From NCBI GenBank assembly GCA_963767925.1, contig CAVYGB010000002.1, positions 64,001 through 128,000 of the forward strand: 64,000 nt of DNA, in the 5' to 3' direction. Both the position numbers and the translations under genes were made by a program. This document shows, piece after piece, positions 30,210-40,035 of this stretch; positions within the stretch are counted from its first letter, which is position 1, and every line of letters begins with the position of its first letter. The notes under the pieces were generated by a model. The model made no database searches, was not told where the DNA came from, and was given only the letters and a program-made list of their open reading frames with translations. Source of the stretch: an uncultured delta proteobacterium (lineage in GTDB: Bacteria; Myxococcota_A; Polyangia; Fen-1088).

Positions 30210-32636
30210 TCAGAGCCTCACGATGACGGTCCCCGCCGGGCCCGCGACGGCGATGGCCTCGGGCAGCGCCTCGCCCGCCGCCAGCTCGATGACCAGGCGG
30301 ATGGTCTCGCCCGGGCGCACCCGGCCAGGGCGGGTGCTCTGTCGCAGCCCCGCCTCCGCGCGCCGGCCATCGGGCCAGGACAGCTCGACCGTGTCTCCCG
30401 GTTGCCAGTCCAGCTCCGGGTCGCCGGCCGCGATCTCGAGCTCGACGACGAGCTGCTCGCCGCTGCGCAGGGTGATCCGCCCGGCCAGGAACCGCTGCCC
30501 GTCACCGACGTCGGCTTCGACGTCGGCTTCGACGTCGACCGCCTCCTCGTAGTCGTACGCCACCTCGTCTTCGCGCCCGCCCGCCCCGCCCTCGTCGGCC
30601 GGCCCGCCCTTCGCAAGCGGCGATGCCGGGCGCGGACCAGGAGTCCCCGAGGTCGCATCCGGCGCAAAGCCCCGCACGCGAAACGAGCGCACGTTCGAGG
30701 CAGCCGCCGGGCCGGCCATCTTCGCCGCCGGCACCATCATCGCCGCCGGCGAGGCCATCCCGAGCGCGTACGACTGGGCCGCCGCCGCCCGCAGGCCCAG
30801 CCCCTCCACCGACATCCCGTGGGGGAGCTGCTGCGGCATCCGCTCGCGCCGGGTGGGCGCGCCCGGATCCACGGTCGGCGCCTCCGACACTGCGATCCAG
30901 GAGGTCAGGCGGGTGGCCACCTGGAACGCCAGGCCCAGCCCCTCGATCTCCGGGTCGTGCTGGCCCTCGCCGGCGGCCACCCGGGTCTCGAGGTCCTCGA
31001 TGCGCTCGCGGGCGAAGCGGCGGATGGCCGCCCGCCTCCCCGCGCCGGGCGCGCAGGGCGCGACGGCCAGCACCTGGCACCAGGTCCCCCCGGCCGTCCG
31101 CCCCTGCACGATCACCTCGCCCCCCGCGGGCCGGAGCCGCAGCGACAGGGTAGCCGGCGCCCCCGCGAACAGGTCGGGCAGCGCCTCCGGCGCCTGCCCG
31201 AGCAGCGCCGAGCCCGACAGCGTCAGGTCCACGACCAGCGGCGCGGCGGTGCGGGCCACCAGCCGGCGGGCGGCCGGCTCGGCGTCTTCGCCAACCCCCA
31301 CCAGCACCTCCAGCCCCCGCCCGGCCCGGGCCGCCGCCGCGGTCAGCGAGCGGTTGACCGCCGAGCCGACACCCACCGTGTGCACGCGCGACGTGGCCGG
31401 CAGGCCCCGGACGATCGCCCCGACCACCTCGGTCTCGAAGCCGATCAGCCCGTCGGTCACCAGCACCACCTGGCGCTGGCTGTCGGGGCGCAGCGGGCGC
31501 AGCGCCTCGAGGATCCCGGCGTGCATCTCGGTGCCGCCGCTCGCCTGCAGCCCCGCAAGCCAGGCCAGCGCCTCGCGCCGGGCCGCCGACGTGGCCGCCA
31601 CCGGCTTGCGCTTCCAGCGCACCGCCGTCGAGGAGAAGGCGATCAGCTCCAGGCGATCCGCCTCCCCGAGCGACGCGACCAGCGCCGACACAACCCGCCG
31701 GGCCTGGGCGAGCGGCTCGCCGTCCATCGACCCGCTGGTGTCCAGCAGGACCACCAGATCCCGGGCCAGCGCGGGCTCCCGCTCCCGGGCGGCGCGGGCC
31801 GGCGGCGTGACGGTCAGCAGGGCGAAGGCGTCGTCCTCGGCCCCGGCGCGGGCCGCCTCCAGGGCCAGCCCCACCTCGGCGCGCGCCGCCGCCCAGCGCA
31901 CCACCAGGTCGCGATCCAGCGGCACCCCGTCGGGCGCGGCCAGGGCGACCTCGAACCCCTGGCCCGGGTCGCCGCCGATCGGCTGCGCCCGCAGGCTGTG
32001 GGAAGGCGAATCGGGCGCCGCCGTCCCATCATCGAGCACGGTCAGGCTCAGCCGCAGGCGCACGGACAGCGGGCCCTCGGCCACCGGCAAGGTGACCCGA
32101 CCGGCGTCGGGGACGCGCCCGGCCGCGCCCAGGTAGCGCGGCGCCGCCGCCGTGGGGAAGCGCCACTCCCAGGCGCCCTCCTCCAGCCAGCGCAGCGGCT
32201 GGTCGAGGGTCAACACCGCCACCACCTCGGCGCCGGGCGGGATGTTGCCGATCTCCTGCGAGAACAGGCTGGAGCGCTCCTGCTCGACAAGCCCGGCCGT
32301 GTGGCCGTCGATCAGCGCCTGCTCGAACCGTTCGCGCGCCGCCTGCCGGCGGTCGATCTCGCCGACGACGCGGCGGTCGCCGATGGTGAAGGCGTACCCG
32401 CCCACCGCCGCGTCGGCCGGAAGCGGGAAGCAATAGGTCACGGTCAGCGGCACGTCGGCCAGGTTGCGGAACCGCTGCTCGAGGACGACCTCGGCCAGCC
32501 CGCCGCGCGCGGTGGCGACGAGCGTCGCGCCGGTGAGGGGCAAGGTGCGGCCATCGGTGCTGACCAGCGTGCCACCGGTCGGGTCGTGGGGAGCGGAAGG
32601 GACAGGGACGGGCATCATCGGCGGGACCTCCATCAT
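30210..32636 (-). CDS. VIT and von Willebrand A domain protein
   Basis: VVLEQRFRN, FPLPADAAV, FSQEIGNIPPG; LLDTSGSMDG MIDAS, GGTEM, LVTDG, GVGSAVN. Confidence 0.92.
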   Translation of the reverse strand: MMEVPPMMPVPVPSAPHDPTGGTLVSTDGRTLPLTGATLVATARGGLAEVVLEQRFRNLADVPLTVTYCFPLPADAAVGGYAFTIGDRRVVGEIDRRQAARERFEQALIDGHTAGLVEQERSSLFSQEIGNIPPGAEVVAVLTLDQPLRWLEEGAWEWRFPTAAAPRYLGAAGRVPDAGRVTLPVAEGPLSVRLRLSLTVLDDGTAAPDSPSHSLRAQPIGGDPGQGFEVALAAPDGVPLDRDLVVRWAAARAEVGLALEAARAGAEDDAFALLTVTPPARAAREREPALARDLVVLLDTSGSMDGEPLAQARRVVSALVASLGEADRLELIAFSSTAVRWKRKPVAATSAARREALAWLAGLQASGGTEMHAGILEALRPLRPDSQRQVVLVTDGLIGFETEVVGAIVRGLPATSRVHTVGVGSAVNRSLTAAAARAGRGLEVLVGVGEDAEPAARRLVARTAAPLVVDLTLSGSALLGQAPEALPDLFAGAPATLSLRLRPAGGEVIVQGRTAGGTWCQVLAVAPCAPGAGRRAAIRRFARERIEDLETRVAAGEGQHDPEIEGLGLAFQVATRLTSWIAVSEAPTVDPGAPTRRERMPQQLPHGMSVEGLGLRAAAAQSYALGMASPAAMMVPAAKMAGPAAASNVRSFRVRGFAPDATSGTPGPRPASPLAKGGPADEGGAGGREDEVAYDYEEAVDVEADVEADVGDGQRFLAGRITLRSGEQLVVELEIAAGDPELDWQPGDTVELSWPDGRRAEAGLRQSTRPGRVRPGETIRLVIELAAGEALPEAIAVAGPAGTVIVRL

Positions 32637-32831
32637 GGGGTTTCAGCCGACCAACGCGAAGGGGGCGCCGCTGCTGACAAGAAAAATCAGGGAGGGGGTA
32701 AGTGGCGGCGGACACTGGCCTTTCGGCGCCGCCCAGCGGACGGGATCGGCTCGACGGGCAAGGCGCCCTGGCCCCCACCCGGGCGGCGAGACGCCGCGCG
32801 CAGGCGCGGCCCGGTCGGGCCACTACCGTGC

Positions 32832-33488
32832 ATGAACATTCGCTGGTGCTTGCCCATCGCCCTCACCTCCACCCTGGCCTGCGCCTCCCGGCAGGCGGCC
32901 CCCGTCGAGAACGCCAGCGGGGCGCCGACCGCCGTCGCCGGTGAGCTCGACGGCGCCTACCTCGAGCCGACCTGCACGGACACCCCGAAAAATGGCTTCT
33001 GCCACCACAGCGGCGTGATGGAGCAGAAGGTGCGGTTCGGCGGCGAGGCGGGAAAGGCGTACGACGTCACCCTCAATGTCTGGTCGATCCACGAGGGGAT
33101 CCGCTACGAAGGCGGACAGCCCGAAGGCGATCACTTCTACGTCGGCGGCGCCGGCGTCACCCCCCGCTATTCGCCCTGCGCCCTCAAGGTGGGCGAGCAG
33201 AACTACTTCCTGAACCGCAAGGAGGACCGGGCCAACGACAAGGTGTACAAGTTCGAATACGGCACCCCCGCCATCCGCATCCCCGGGCAGGCCGAGCTGT
33301 TGCTCTATTGTGTCGACGACGCAAACAAGCACATCTCGATCAACCACCCGCCCCCCCTCCTGAAGCCGGAGAACGGCAGCCACGTCTTCGCCAACCCGCC
33401 CGAGCGGCTGAAGACCCGCCTCGGCGCCCAGCCCTTCGGCAACCTCTTCATCTATCTGGAAGTGGCCAGCGCGCGGGCGGTCGACTGA
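32832..33488 (+). CDS. Hypothetical lipoprotein
   Basis: MNIRWCLPIALTSTLAC lipobox; coding-like codon usage. Confidence 0.72.
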   Translation: MNIRWCLPIALTSTLACASRQAAPVENASGAPTAVAGELDGAYLEPTCTDTPKNGFCHHSGVMEQKVRFGGEAGKAYDVTLNVWSIHEGIRYEGGQPEGDHFYVGGAGVTPRYSPCALKVGEQNYFLNRKEDRANDKVYKFEYGTPAIRIPGQAELLLYCVDDANKHISINHPPPLLKPENGSHVFANPPERLKTRLGAQPFGNLFIYLEVASARAVD

Positions 33489-33539
33489 TCCCGACAATCC
33501 GGTAGCCGCCCGGGCGGGGCCTGCTATACGGCCTGCAAG

Positions 33540-35201
33540 ATGCCCGACGTCTACCTGAACCGCCGCGAGCAGATGTTCCCGCGCCTGACCCCCGCCCAGA
33601 TCGAACGGCTCGGCGGATGTGGGCAGGCGCGGCGGGTCGCCGCCGGCGAGGTCCTCTTCGATTCGGGCGACCAGAACACCGAGTTCTTCGTGGTCCTGCA
33701 GGGCGCGATCGAGCTGCTGCGGCCGGCGATGGCCCACGACGAACGCATCGTCACCCTCGGCCCGGGCGAGTTCACCGGCGAGATCAACATGCTGTCGGGC
33801 CGCCGCAGCCTGGTGCAGGCCCGGGTGGCGGAGGAGGGATCGATCTTCGTCCTCGAGCGCGAGGGCTTGCTGGCGCTGGTCCAGAAGGACTCGGAGCTCA
33901 GCGAGATCCTGATGCGGGCCTTCATCCTGCGGCGGATGGCCCTGATCAGCAACTCCGGCAGCGACCTGGTCCTGATCGGATCCAGCCACTCGCTGGCCAC
34001 CCTGGATCTCAAGGCGTTCCTGACCCGCAACGGCCAGCCCTTCACCTACCAGGACGTCGAGAGCGACCCCAGCGTGCAGGCCCTGCTCGATCGGTTCCAG
34101 GTGGGGATCGCCGAGATCCCCGTCATCTTGTGCCGGGGCGGACACCTCCTGCGCAACCCCTCGGTCGAGGCGCTGGCCCCGCTGCTGGGGTTGAACCGGG
34201 ACATCGACGCCACCGCCACCCGCGACGTCGTCATCGTGGGGGCCGGCCCGGCCGGGCTGGCCGCCGCCGTCTACGCCGCCTCGGAGGGGCTGAACGTGCT
34301 GGTGCTGGAGACCACCGCCCCCGGCGGCCAGGCCGGGACCAGCTCGCGCATCGAGAACTACCTCGGCTTTCCCACCGGCATCTCCGGCCAGGCGCTGGCC
34401 GGACGCGCCTTCACCCAGGCCGAGAAGTTCGGGGCCGAGGTGGCGATCGGCCGCCGGGCGGTGCGCCTGCATTGCGAGGCGCGGCCCTATCGGGTGGAGC
34501 TGTCGAGCGGCGAGATGGTGCAGGCACGCACCGTGGTGATCGCCGCCGGCGCCCAGTACCGTCGCCCCGCCCTGAGCGAGCTCCAGCGCCTCGAGGGCGC
34601 GGGCGTGTTCTACTGCGCCACCCACGTCGAGGCGCAGATGTGCGCCGGCGAGGCGGTGGCGGTGGTGGGCGGCGGCAACTCCGCCGGGCAGGCGGCGGTG
34701 TTCCTGTCGCAGATCGCCGCCCACGTCGACCTGCTGGTGCGGGGCCCGGGCCTGGCCGACAGCATGTCGCGGTACCTCATCAGCCGCATCGAGAGCAGCC
34801 CGAAGATCACCCTGTGGACGCGCACCGAGATCGAGGGCGCCGAGGGCGGCGACCGGCTGGAGGCCCTGCGCTGGCGCAGGCTGGACGGCGCCGAGGTGGT
34901 CAGCCGACCGGTCCGGCACCTCTTCCTGATGACCGGCGCCGATCCCAACACGCGCTGGCTGGAAGGCTGCCTGGTCCTCGACGACAAGGGGTTCATCAAG
35001 GCCGGCGCCGACCTGCGCCCCGACGAGCTGCCCGCCCCCCGCTGGCCCATCGGCCGCACCCCGTCGCTGATGGAGACCAGCCTGCCCGGCGTTTTCGCCG
35101 TCGGCGACGTCCGCTCCGGCAGCGTCAAACGCGTCGCCTCCGCCGTCGGCGAAGGCTCCATCTGCGTCCAGCTCATCCACCGCGCCCTGCGCGACCAGTA
35201 A
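33540..35201 (+). CDS. cNMP-binding domain + thioredoxin reductase-like FAD oxidoreductase
   Basis: GEFTGE cNMP motif; GAGPAGL, SSRIENYLGFPTGISG, GGGNSAGQAA, GDVRSGSVKRVASAVGEG; CATH instead of CxxC. Confidence 0.93.
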   Translation: MPDVYLNRREQMFPRLTPAQIERLGGCGQARRVAAGEVLFDSGDQNTEFFVVLQGAIELLRPAMAHDERIVTLGPGEFTGEINMLSGRRSLVQARVAEEGSIFVLEREGLLALVQKDSELSEILMRAFILRRMALISNSGSDLVLIGSSHSLATLDLKAFLTRNGQPFTYQDVESDPSVQALLDRFQVGIAEIPVILCRGGHLLRNPSVEALAPLLGLNRDIDATATRDVVIVGAGPAGLAAAVYAASEGLNVLVLETTAPGGQAGTSSRIENYLGFPTGISGQALAGRAFTQAEKFGAEVAIGRRAVRLHCEARPYRVELSSGEMVQARTVVIAAGAQYRRPALSELQRLEGAGVFYCATHVEAQMCAGEAVAVVGGGNSAGQAAVFLSQIAAHVDLLVRGPGLADSMSRYLISRIESSPKITLWTRTEIEGAEGGDRLEALRWRRLDGAEVVSRPVRHLFLMTGADPNTRWLEGCLVLDDKGFIKAGADLRPDELPAPRWPIGRTPSLMETSLPGVFAVGDVRSGSVKRVASAVGEGSICVQLIHRALRDQ

Positions 35202-35291
35202 CGTCTGCGCGCCGGGTGAGGGTGGTCGGCGTGGCGCCCGCCCCTCACCCTTCACCTCTCCCCACCGCGCAGACGCCGCGGGCAAGGGCAA
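35202..35291. repeat. REP/MITE-like element, family A, copy 4
   Basis: CGTCTGCGCGCCGGGTGAGG...CCCCTCACCCTTCACCTCTCCCCA...AGGGCAA right after a stop codon. Confidence 0.72.
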
Positions 35292-35681
35292 TCGGGCAGC
35301 GGGTAACGCCAGGAGCTCGGGCTACGGGAGCCCCTGCGGCTGGGTGCGTGCTGCCCGGTGCGGGTGGGTGTTACCTGCCCCTCGCAACACTGTTGCGCCG
35401 ATCGGGGTGGGGGGCGCTGATCCGCAGCGGCGGCGGCCGCAGCCGGACAGCGGGGGGCGGCGGGTGCGCGGGGCGAATGCAGGTGCTGGAATCAACGGCG
35501 GGTTTCGCGCGCGGGTCGAGGCGGGGGGCTGCTTGCTGAGCGGCGCAACCGACCTCGCCGCAGGCTGCGGCCTGGGGCGCGCGGGGCGGCGGACCCACTG
35601 CCTTCCCTGTGCGCGCACCTGCCGATGGCGGGATCACGTGCGTGTGGGGAGGTGGTCCCTTGCTTGCACTGGATCCTCTGT

Positions 35682-36251
35682 ATGATGAATCAGCGGAAGC
35701 GGGACGCGGGGTTCTCGGTGTCGGGCGTGATGGGTGTCGTCAGCCTCCTCGGCGCCACCGCCATGGTCGTCGCCCCCGGCAAGGACCAGAGCAGCGCCCA
35801 GCCCGCCGGCGGCTTCGCCGACCAGGTCACCGCCGAGCTGCAGCGCGCACGCGCCGAGGCCATCACCTCCCGCGTCCCCCAGCACGCCTTCGTCTACTCC
35901 AACCGCGTCGAGATCCGCGCCGCCCGCCCCGGCGCCCGCCCCGGCACCTGGATCGCCCCCTCCGCTGCCCAGCCCGCCCTCCGCACCGTCCTCGCCCGGC
36001 CCGGCATCATCACCTTCGACGTCACCAACCGCCCCGGCCTCCCCTCCTTCGTCCTCTCCCCCACCCTCGCCAAGGAGATCGTCTTCAACGCCGCCGGCAA
36101 CGGCACCGTCGCCCACCTCGCCCCCTCTCGCGCCTCGGTCCACCTCTTCATCAGCCAGGACCACCTCCGCTCCGACCACCCCGACCGCGCCCTCCGCATC
36201 GACATCGCCCCCACCTCCGGCTCCGTCTCCCTCAACCACTTCTGGCAGTAA
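35682..36251 (+). CDS. FimT/GspH-like prepilin with degenerate N-terminal motif
   Basis: RKRDAG/FSVSG + hydrophobic helix; ELQRARAEAI. Confidence 0.55.
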   Translation: MMNQRKRDAGFSVSGVMGVVSLLGATAMVVAPGKDQSSAQPAGGFADQVTAELQRARAEAITSRVPQHAFVYSNRVEIRAARPGARPGTWIAPSAAQPALRTVLARPGIITFDVTNRPGLPSFVLSPTLAKEIVFNAAGNGTVAHLAPSRASVHLFISQDHLRSDHPDRALRIDIAPTSGSVSLNHFWQ

Positions 36252-36557
36252 CCGCCCCCTCCCCTTCCCCGCCCGCTCCCTTCGCTGTTCGCTTCCCTTC
36301 CCCTTCGCTGTCCTCCCCCCTTCGCTCCGTCTCCCCTGCCCGAAGTTCTTGGCTCCATTTGAGGGCTCACGCATCCGCAGGGGGGCCTCGCCGCGCGGGG
36401 GCGTGCCGCGCGCGTCCCCCTGCCCGGCAACACGCGCGCGGTGGGCCGCTGGCGGGCCCCGTCCTCCCGCTTCCCGGGCGCGCCGAATGCCGCGGTGGCG
36501 CGGTCGGAGCCCGAAGGTGCGGTAGACTACGGCCTGTATGGAGAGGAGACACCTCGG

Positions 36558-37313
36558 ATGACACGCGCGCGCAGGTCATTCCGGCACCCGTCCCTGGTGG
36601 TTGCGTTCTGGATGCTCGGGTCGTGCAGCGGCCGCACCCCGCCGATGGAGCCGCCGACCGGAGAGGGCGGCGCCGGCGGCGAGCCGGCCCCCACCGGGGA
36701 GGGTGGCGCCGGCGGACAGGTCAGCGATGCCTCCAGCGTGTTCTTCGTCGACCGGCCGCCCGACCTGTCGCCCGACCGGCCACCCGACGTCCCGCCCACG
36801 CCGCGCGACGCGGCCCCCCCGAGCGACGGACCGCCCCCCCTGGAGCCGGGCGTCGTCCTGGCGACCTCCTGCTTCCAGATCCCCTGCCAGGGGCTCTTCG
36901 TGGCGGCCGCGGCGTGCATGGGCGACGACCAGATGTGCCAGTCCCAGTCGGTGACCGAGGGGCTCGAGGGGGAGGTGGTGCGCACCAACTACTGCCTCGC
37001 CAACGGAGTGAAGAAACACGCGGTCAGCACCTCGACCGAGCTGGAATACAAGACCACCATGCGCGTGACCGACGCGAGCGGCCGCCACTGCTACACCCTC
37101 GAGGTCGTCGGCGCCGACAGCAACGACCTCGAGACGCTGACCTGGCGATCGCCGGCTGGCTTTTCCCTGCTCAGCGGCACCTGGAGCAAGAGCGGCGATC
37201 GCATGCTCCTGGCCTGCAACGGCGTGAAGTACGACGTGCGCGACCTCGGCTGCCCCGGCCTGGAAGGCGAGCCCGGCACCACGAGCTGCCCCCCCGGCCT
37301 CTGCCCCGATTGA
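36558..37313 (+). CDS. Cys-rich hypothetical lipoprotein
   Basis: GAGGAG RBS, LGSC lipobox, Gly/Pro linker, Cys-rich C-terminal domain. Confidence 0.7.
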   Translation: MTRARRSFRHPSLVVAFWMLGSCSGRTPPMEPPTGEGGAGGEPAPTGEGGAGGQVSDASSVFFVDRPPDLSPDRPPDVPPTPRDAAPPSDGPPPLEPGVVLATSCFQIPCQGLFVAAAACMGDDQMCQSQSVTEGLEGEVVRTNYCLANGVKKHAVSTSTELEYKTTMRVTDASGRHCYTLEVVGADSNDLETLTWRSPAGFSLLSGTWSKSGDRMLLACNGVKYDVRDLGCPGLEGEPGTTSCPPGLCPD

Positions 37314-37437
37314 GCCGCTCGCCGGGGCCTGACTGGGCCGCCACTGCACGACCCGCCCGCGGCACCGTTCGCCCGGCCTCCCCTGTCGGGGCCCTCAAGG
37401 TGACCGCGCGAAGCCCCGATGTCGCGCTCGACGGCGC

Positions 37438-38220
37438 ATGGCACAGCGGTTGAGCGACTGTTACGACGAGGCGGAGGCGCTGGCGGGGCTGCGGGGCAAA
37501 GTGCGCCTGGCGGTGCTGACCGGCATGTCCTCCACCGAGGCGGTCAGCGCCCCCGACGCCGCCGCGATCCTGCTCCGGTTCGAGGAGGCCCTGGCCACCG
37601 TCAAGCGGGAGCTGGCCGCCCCGCCCGGAGGCCGCTCGCCCCCGCCCGAGGTCGGACACCCCGAGCCGCGCGACACCGCTCCGGCCGAGCTGCGCCGGCG
37701 CACGGCTCTGCTCGTCGATCTGATGTCCCAGCGCCAGCTCTACTTCCCCGACGTCGCCCGGACCACCGCCCGCGTCACCGAAGTCGCCGCCGCCGGGCTC
37801 GAGGTGGCCCGGGTCAGCGTGTGGCGCTTCGAGCGGGCAGCACCGAAGGTGATGGGCCTGCGCTGCGTGGACCTGTTCGAGCGCGCCACCGCCCTGCACA
37901 CCTCCGGCGCCGTCCTGCGCGCCGACGCCTTCCCGGACTACTTCGCCGCCATCGAGACCCAGCGGACCATCGCCGCCCACGACGCCCACCGCGACCCCCG
38001 CACCGCCGGCTTCTCGATCCCCTACCTCACCCCCCTCGGCATCAACTCGATGCTCGACGTCCCCATCTGGGCCGGGAACAAGATGATCGGCGTCGTCTGC
38101 CACGAGCACACCGGCCCCGCCCGCATCTGGTCGCAGGACGACGAGGACTTCGCCTACCTCACCTCCGCCTTCGTCGCCCTCGCCACCGAGTCTTCCCCCC
38201 ACCCCGCCGCCCCCGCCTAG
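37438..38220 (+). CDS. GAF domain protein with small helical N-terminal domain
   Basis: VARVSVW, FPDYFAAI, YLTPLGINSMLDVPI, GVVCHEHTG. Confidence 0.88.
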   Translation: MAQRLSDCYDEAEALAGLRGKVRLAVLTGMSSTEAVSAPDAAAILLRFEEALATVKRELAAPPGGRSPPPEVGHPEPRDTAPAELRRRTALLVDLMSQRQLYFPDVARTTARVTEVAAAGLEVARVSVWRFERAAPKVMGLRCVDLFERATALHTSGAVLRADAFPDYFAAIETQRTIAAHDAHRDPRTAGFSIPYLTPLGINSMLDVPIWAGNKMIGVVCHEHTGPARIWSQDDEDFAYLTSAFVALATESSPHPAAPA

Positions 38221-38227
38221 AGGCGGT

Positions 38228-38303
38228 GCCAAGGAATGTTTTCGAAGGAGGCGGGTCCCCTCGCTTCGCTCGGGCCCGACTAGTCCCCTGGAAAGGTGAA
38301 GGC
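38228..38303. repeat. Dispersed repeat family B, copy 1
   Basis: TGTTTTCGAAG...CGGGTCCCCTCGCTTCGCTCGGGCCCGACT; reverse-complement similar to 48328-48401. Confidence 0.78.
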
Positions 38304-38324
38304 TTGCCTATGTCGGCGAGGCAT

Positions 38325-38400
38325 CTTCGTTCCTGGCAAGGCGCGAGGAGGGCGAATACCCGGCGTATTTAACCGACGAGCAACGCAGCCAGGGACGAAG
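38325..38400. other. Long imperfect stem-loop between convergent genes
   Basis: CTTCGTTCCTGGC (38325-38337) pairs with GCCAGGGACGAAG (38388-38400); apical AATAC-CCGGC-GTATT. Confidence 0.65.
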
Positions 38401-38460
38401 GGCTACCGCTTCCACTGAAGCGGATGCCACGGCCTCCCCGGGCTTGCGCCCGATAGCCCA

Positions 38461-39909
38461 TCAGGGCCAGAAGCGAGCGCCGCCCGCCAGCGCCGCGATC
38501 ACCGCCGCGCAGGCCAGGCTGGCCCGATCGGTGAGCGCGAACTTCACCGGATCGTCCTGGAGCTGCCCCCGGTGGGCCAGGAACCAGATGCGGCTGATCC
38601 AGTAGAGCAGCACCGGGCAGATGAACCAGAGCAGCCCCGGCGTCCGGTAGTTGAGCGCGCCCGCGTCCCCCTCCACGTACAGACAGAAGACCAGCACGGC
38701 GAGGTACCCGGCCGCCGGCCCCATCGAGGCGACCATCTCGAGGTCGCCGGTGTGATAGCCGCGGCTGTGCAGCTTGCCCCCCTTGTCCATCGACTGCCGG
38801 AGCTCGACGTAGCGCTTGGCGAAGGCCAGGCTGAGGAAGATGAACATCGAGAAGGCCAGCAGCCAGGCGCTGATGTTGATCGAGGTGGCGATGCCGCCGG
38901 CCAGGACCCGGTGGGTGTACAGCCAGGCCAGCACCACCACGTCGACCATCAGCAGGCTCTTCCAGCGAAACGAATAGGCCAAGGTGGCGAAGAAATACAC
39001 CCCCAGCATCCCCAGGAAACCCAGGGGCAACGTCAGGAACGCCAGCAGCGCGCTGGCCACGACGAGCGCCAGGAAGAGCGGCGGCCCGTACACGACCGGC
39101 AGCGCCCCCGAGGCGAAGGGGCGCCGGCGCTTGCTGCGGTGGGCGCGGTCGGCGTCGACGTCCATCAGGTCGTTGAGCACGTAGCCCGCCGAGGCGCACA
39201 GGCTGAACGCCAGGGCGGCCACCGCCCCCAGCAAGATGTGGCGGAGCGAGGGCAGGCCCGGCGCGACGAGCACCGGCACCAGCACGAGGGCGTTCTTGGC
39301 CCACTGGTGCGGGCGGATGGCCTTGATCAGCGCCCGCAGCCGGGCGGGCCGCCGCGACAGGACGGCGGCCTTCTCACCCTGGGCGCGGGCCCGGCGCGCG
39401 GCCGTGCCGCTGGCGTCGACAAGGTAACCCCGGCTGGCGGCGGCCAGGACCGGCGGCAAGGTGTCGCCGTTTCCGAGGTAATCGAAGCCGCCCGGCCCGA
39501 AGTGGGCCGGCAGCCGATCGCTCTCGATGGTCAGCACCTCGTCGAACAGTCCGAGGTGCTCGGCCACCGCCTTGCCCAGGTCACCCTCCGGGCCGGCCCA
39601 CAGCACGATCCGGCGGCCCCGGGCCTGCGTCTCCCGCAGGTGATCGACCAGCTCGTGCCGGTAGGGCAAGGTCGCGGGGTCGATCGACCGCCGCCCCTCC
39701 AGGATGCGCCGCAGGCGCGCCCGCCCGCCCAGCAGCCACAGCGGGAAGAGCAGCAGCATCCAGGGCCGCCGGCGGATGAGCTGCAGGGCGCTCTCCCAGA
39801 GCGGGTCGGCGCGCAGCAGCCCCCCCTCGAGGGCCACGCACAGCGGCCGCCCGAGCGCCTGATCCTCGGTGAGCTCGGCCAGCGACGACGACAGCTCGCC
39901 CGCTCTCAC
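38461..39909 (-). CDS. UbiA family prenyltransferase with N-terminal HAD-like domain
   Basis: IRPHQWAKN, YVLNDLMDVDADRAH.SKRRRPFASG, LAFAKRYVEL, DDPVKFALTD. Confidence 0.93.
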   Translation of the reverse strand: MRAGELSSSLAELTEDQALGRPLCVALEGGLLRADPLWESALQLIRRRPWMLLLFPLWLLGGRARLRRILEGRRSIDPATLPYRHELVDHLRETQARGRRIVLWAGPEGDLGKAVAEHLGLFDEVLTIESDRLPAHFGPGGFDYLGNGDTLPPVLAAASRGYLVDASGTAARRARAQGEKAAVLSRRPARLRALIKAIRPHQWAKNALVLVPVLVAPGLPSLRHILLGAVAALAFSLCASAGYVLNDLMDVDADRAHRSKRRRPFASGALPVVYGPPLFLALVVASALLAFLTLPLGFLGMLGVYFFATLAYSFRWKSLLMVDVVVLAWLYTHRVLAGGIATSINISAWLLAFSMFIFLSLAFAKRYVELRQSMDKGGKLHSRGYHTGDLEMVASMGPAAGYLAVLVFCLYVEGDAGALNYRTPGLLWFICPVLLYWISRIWFLAHRGQLQDDPVKFALTDRASLACAAVIAALAGGARFWP

Positions 39910-40035
39910 GGTCGCACCGGCCTGCCGCCCAGCCTCGGGTCTGCCCTCATGAGGCGACAGCCTACGAACCCCGGGGCCGGGTCGTCGCGGATAAAGTGCG
40001 CGAGAGCGACAAAAGTGGGCCCGGGAGCCCCCCTT

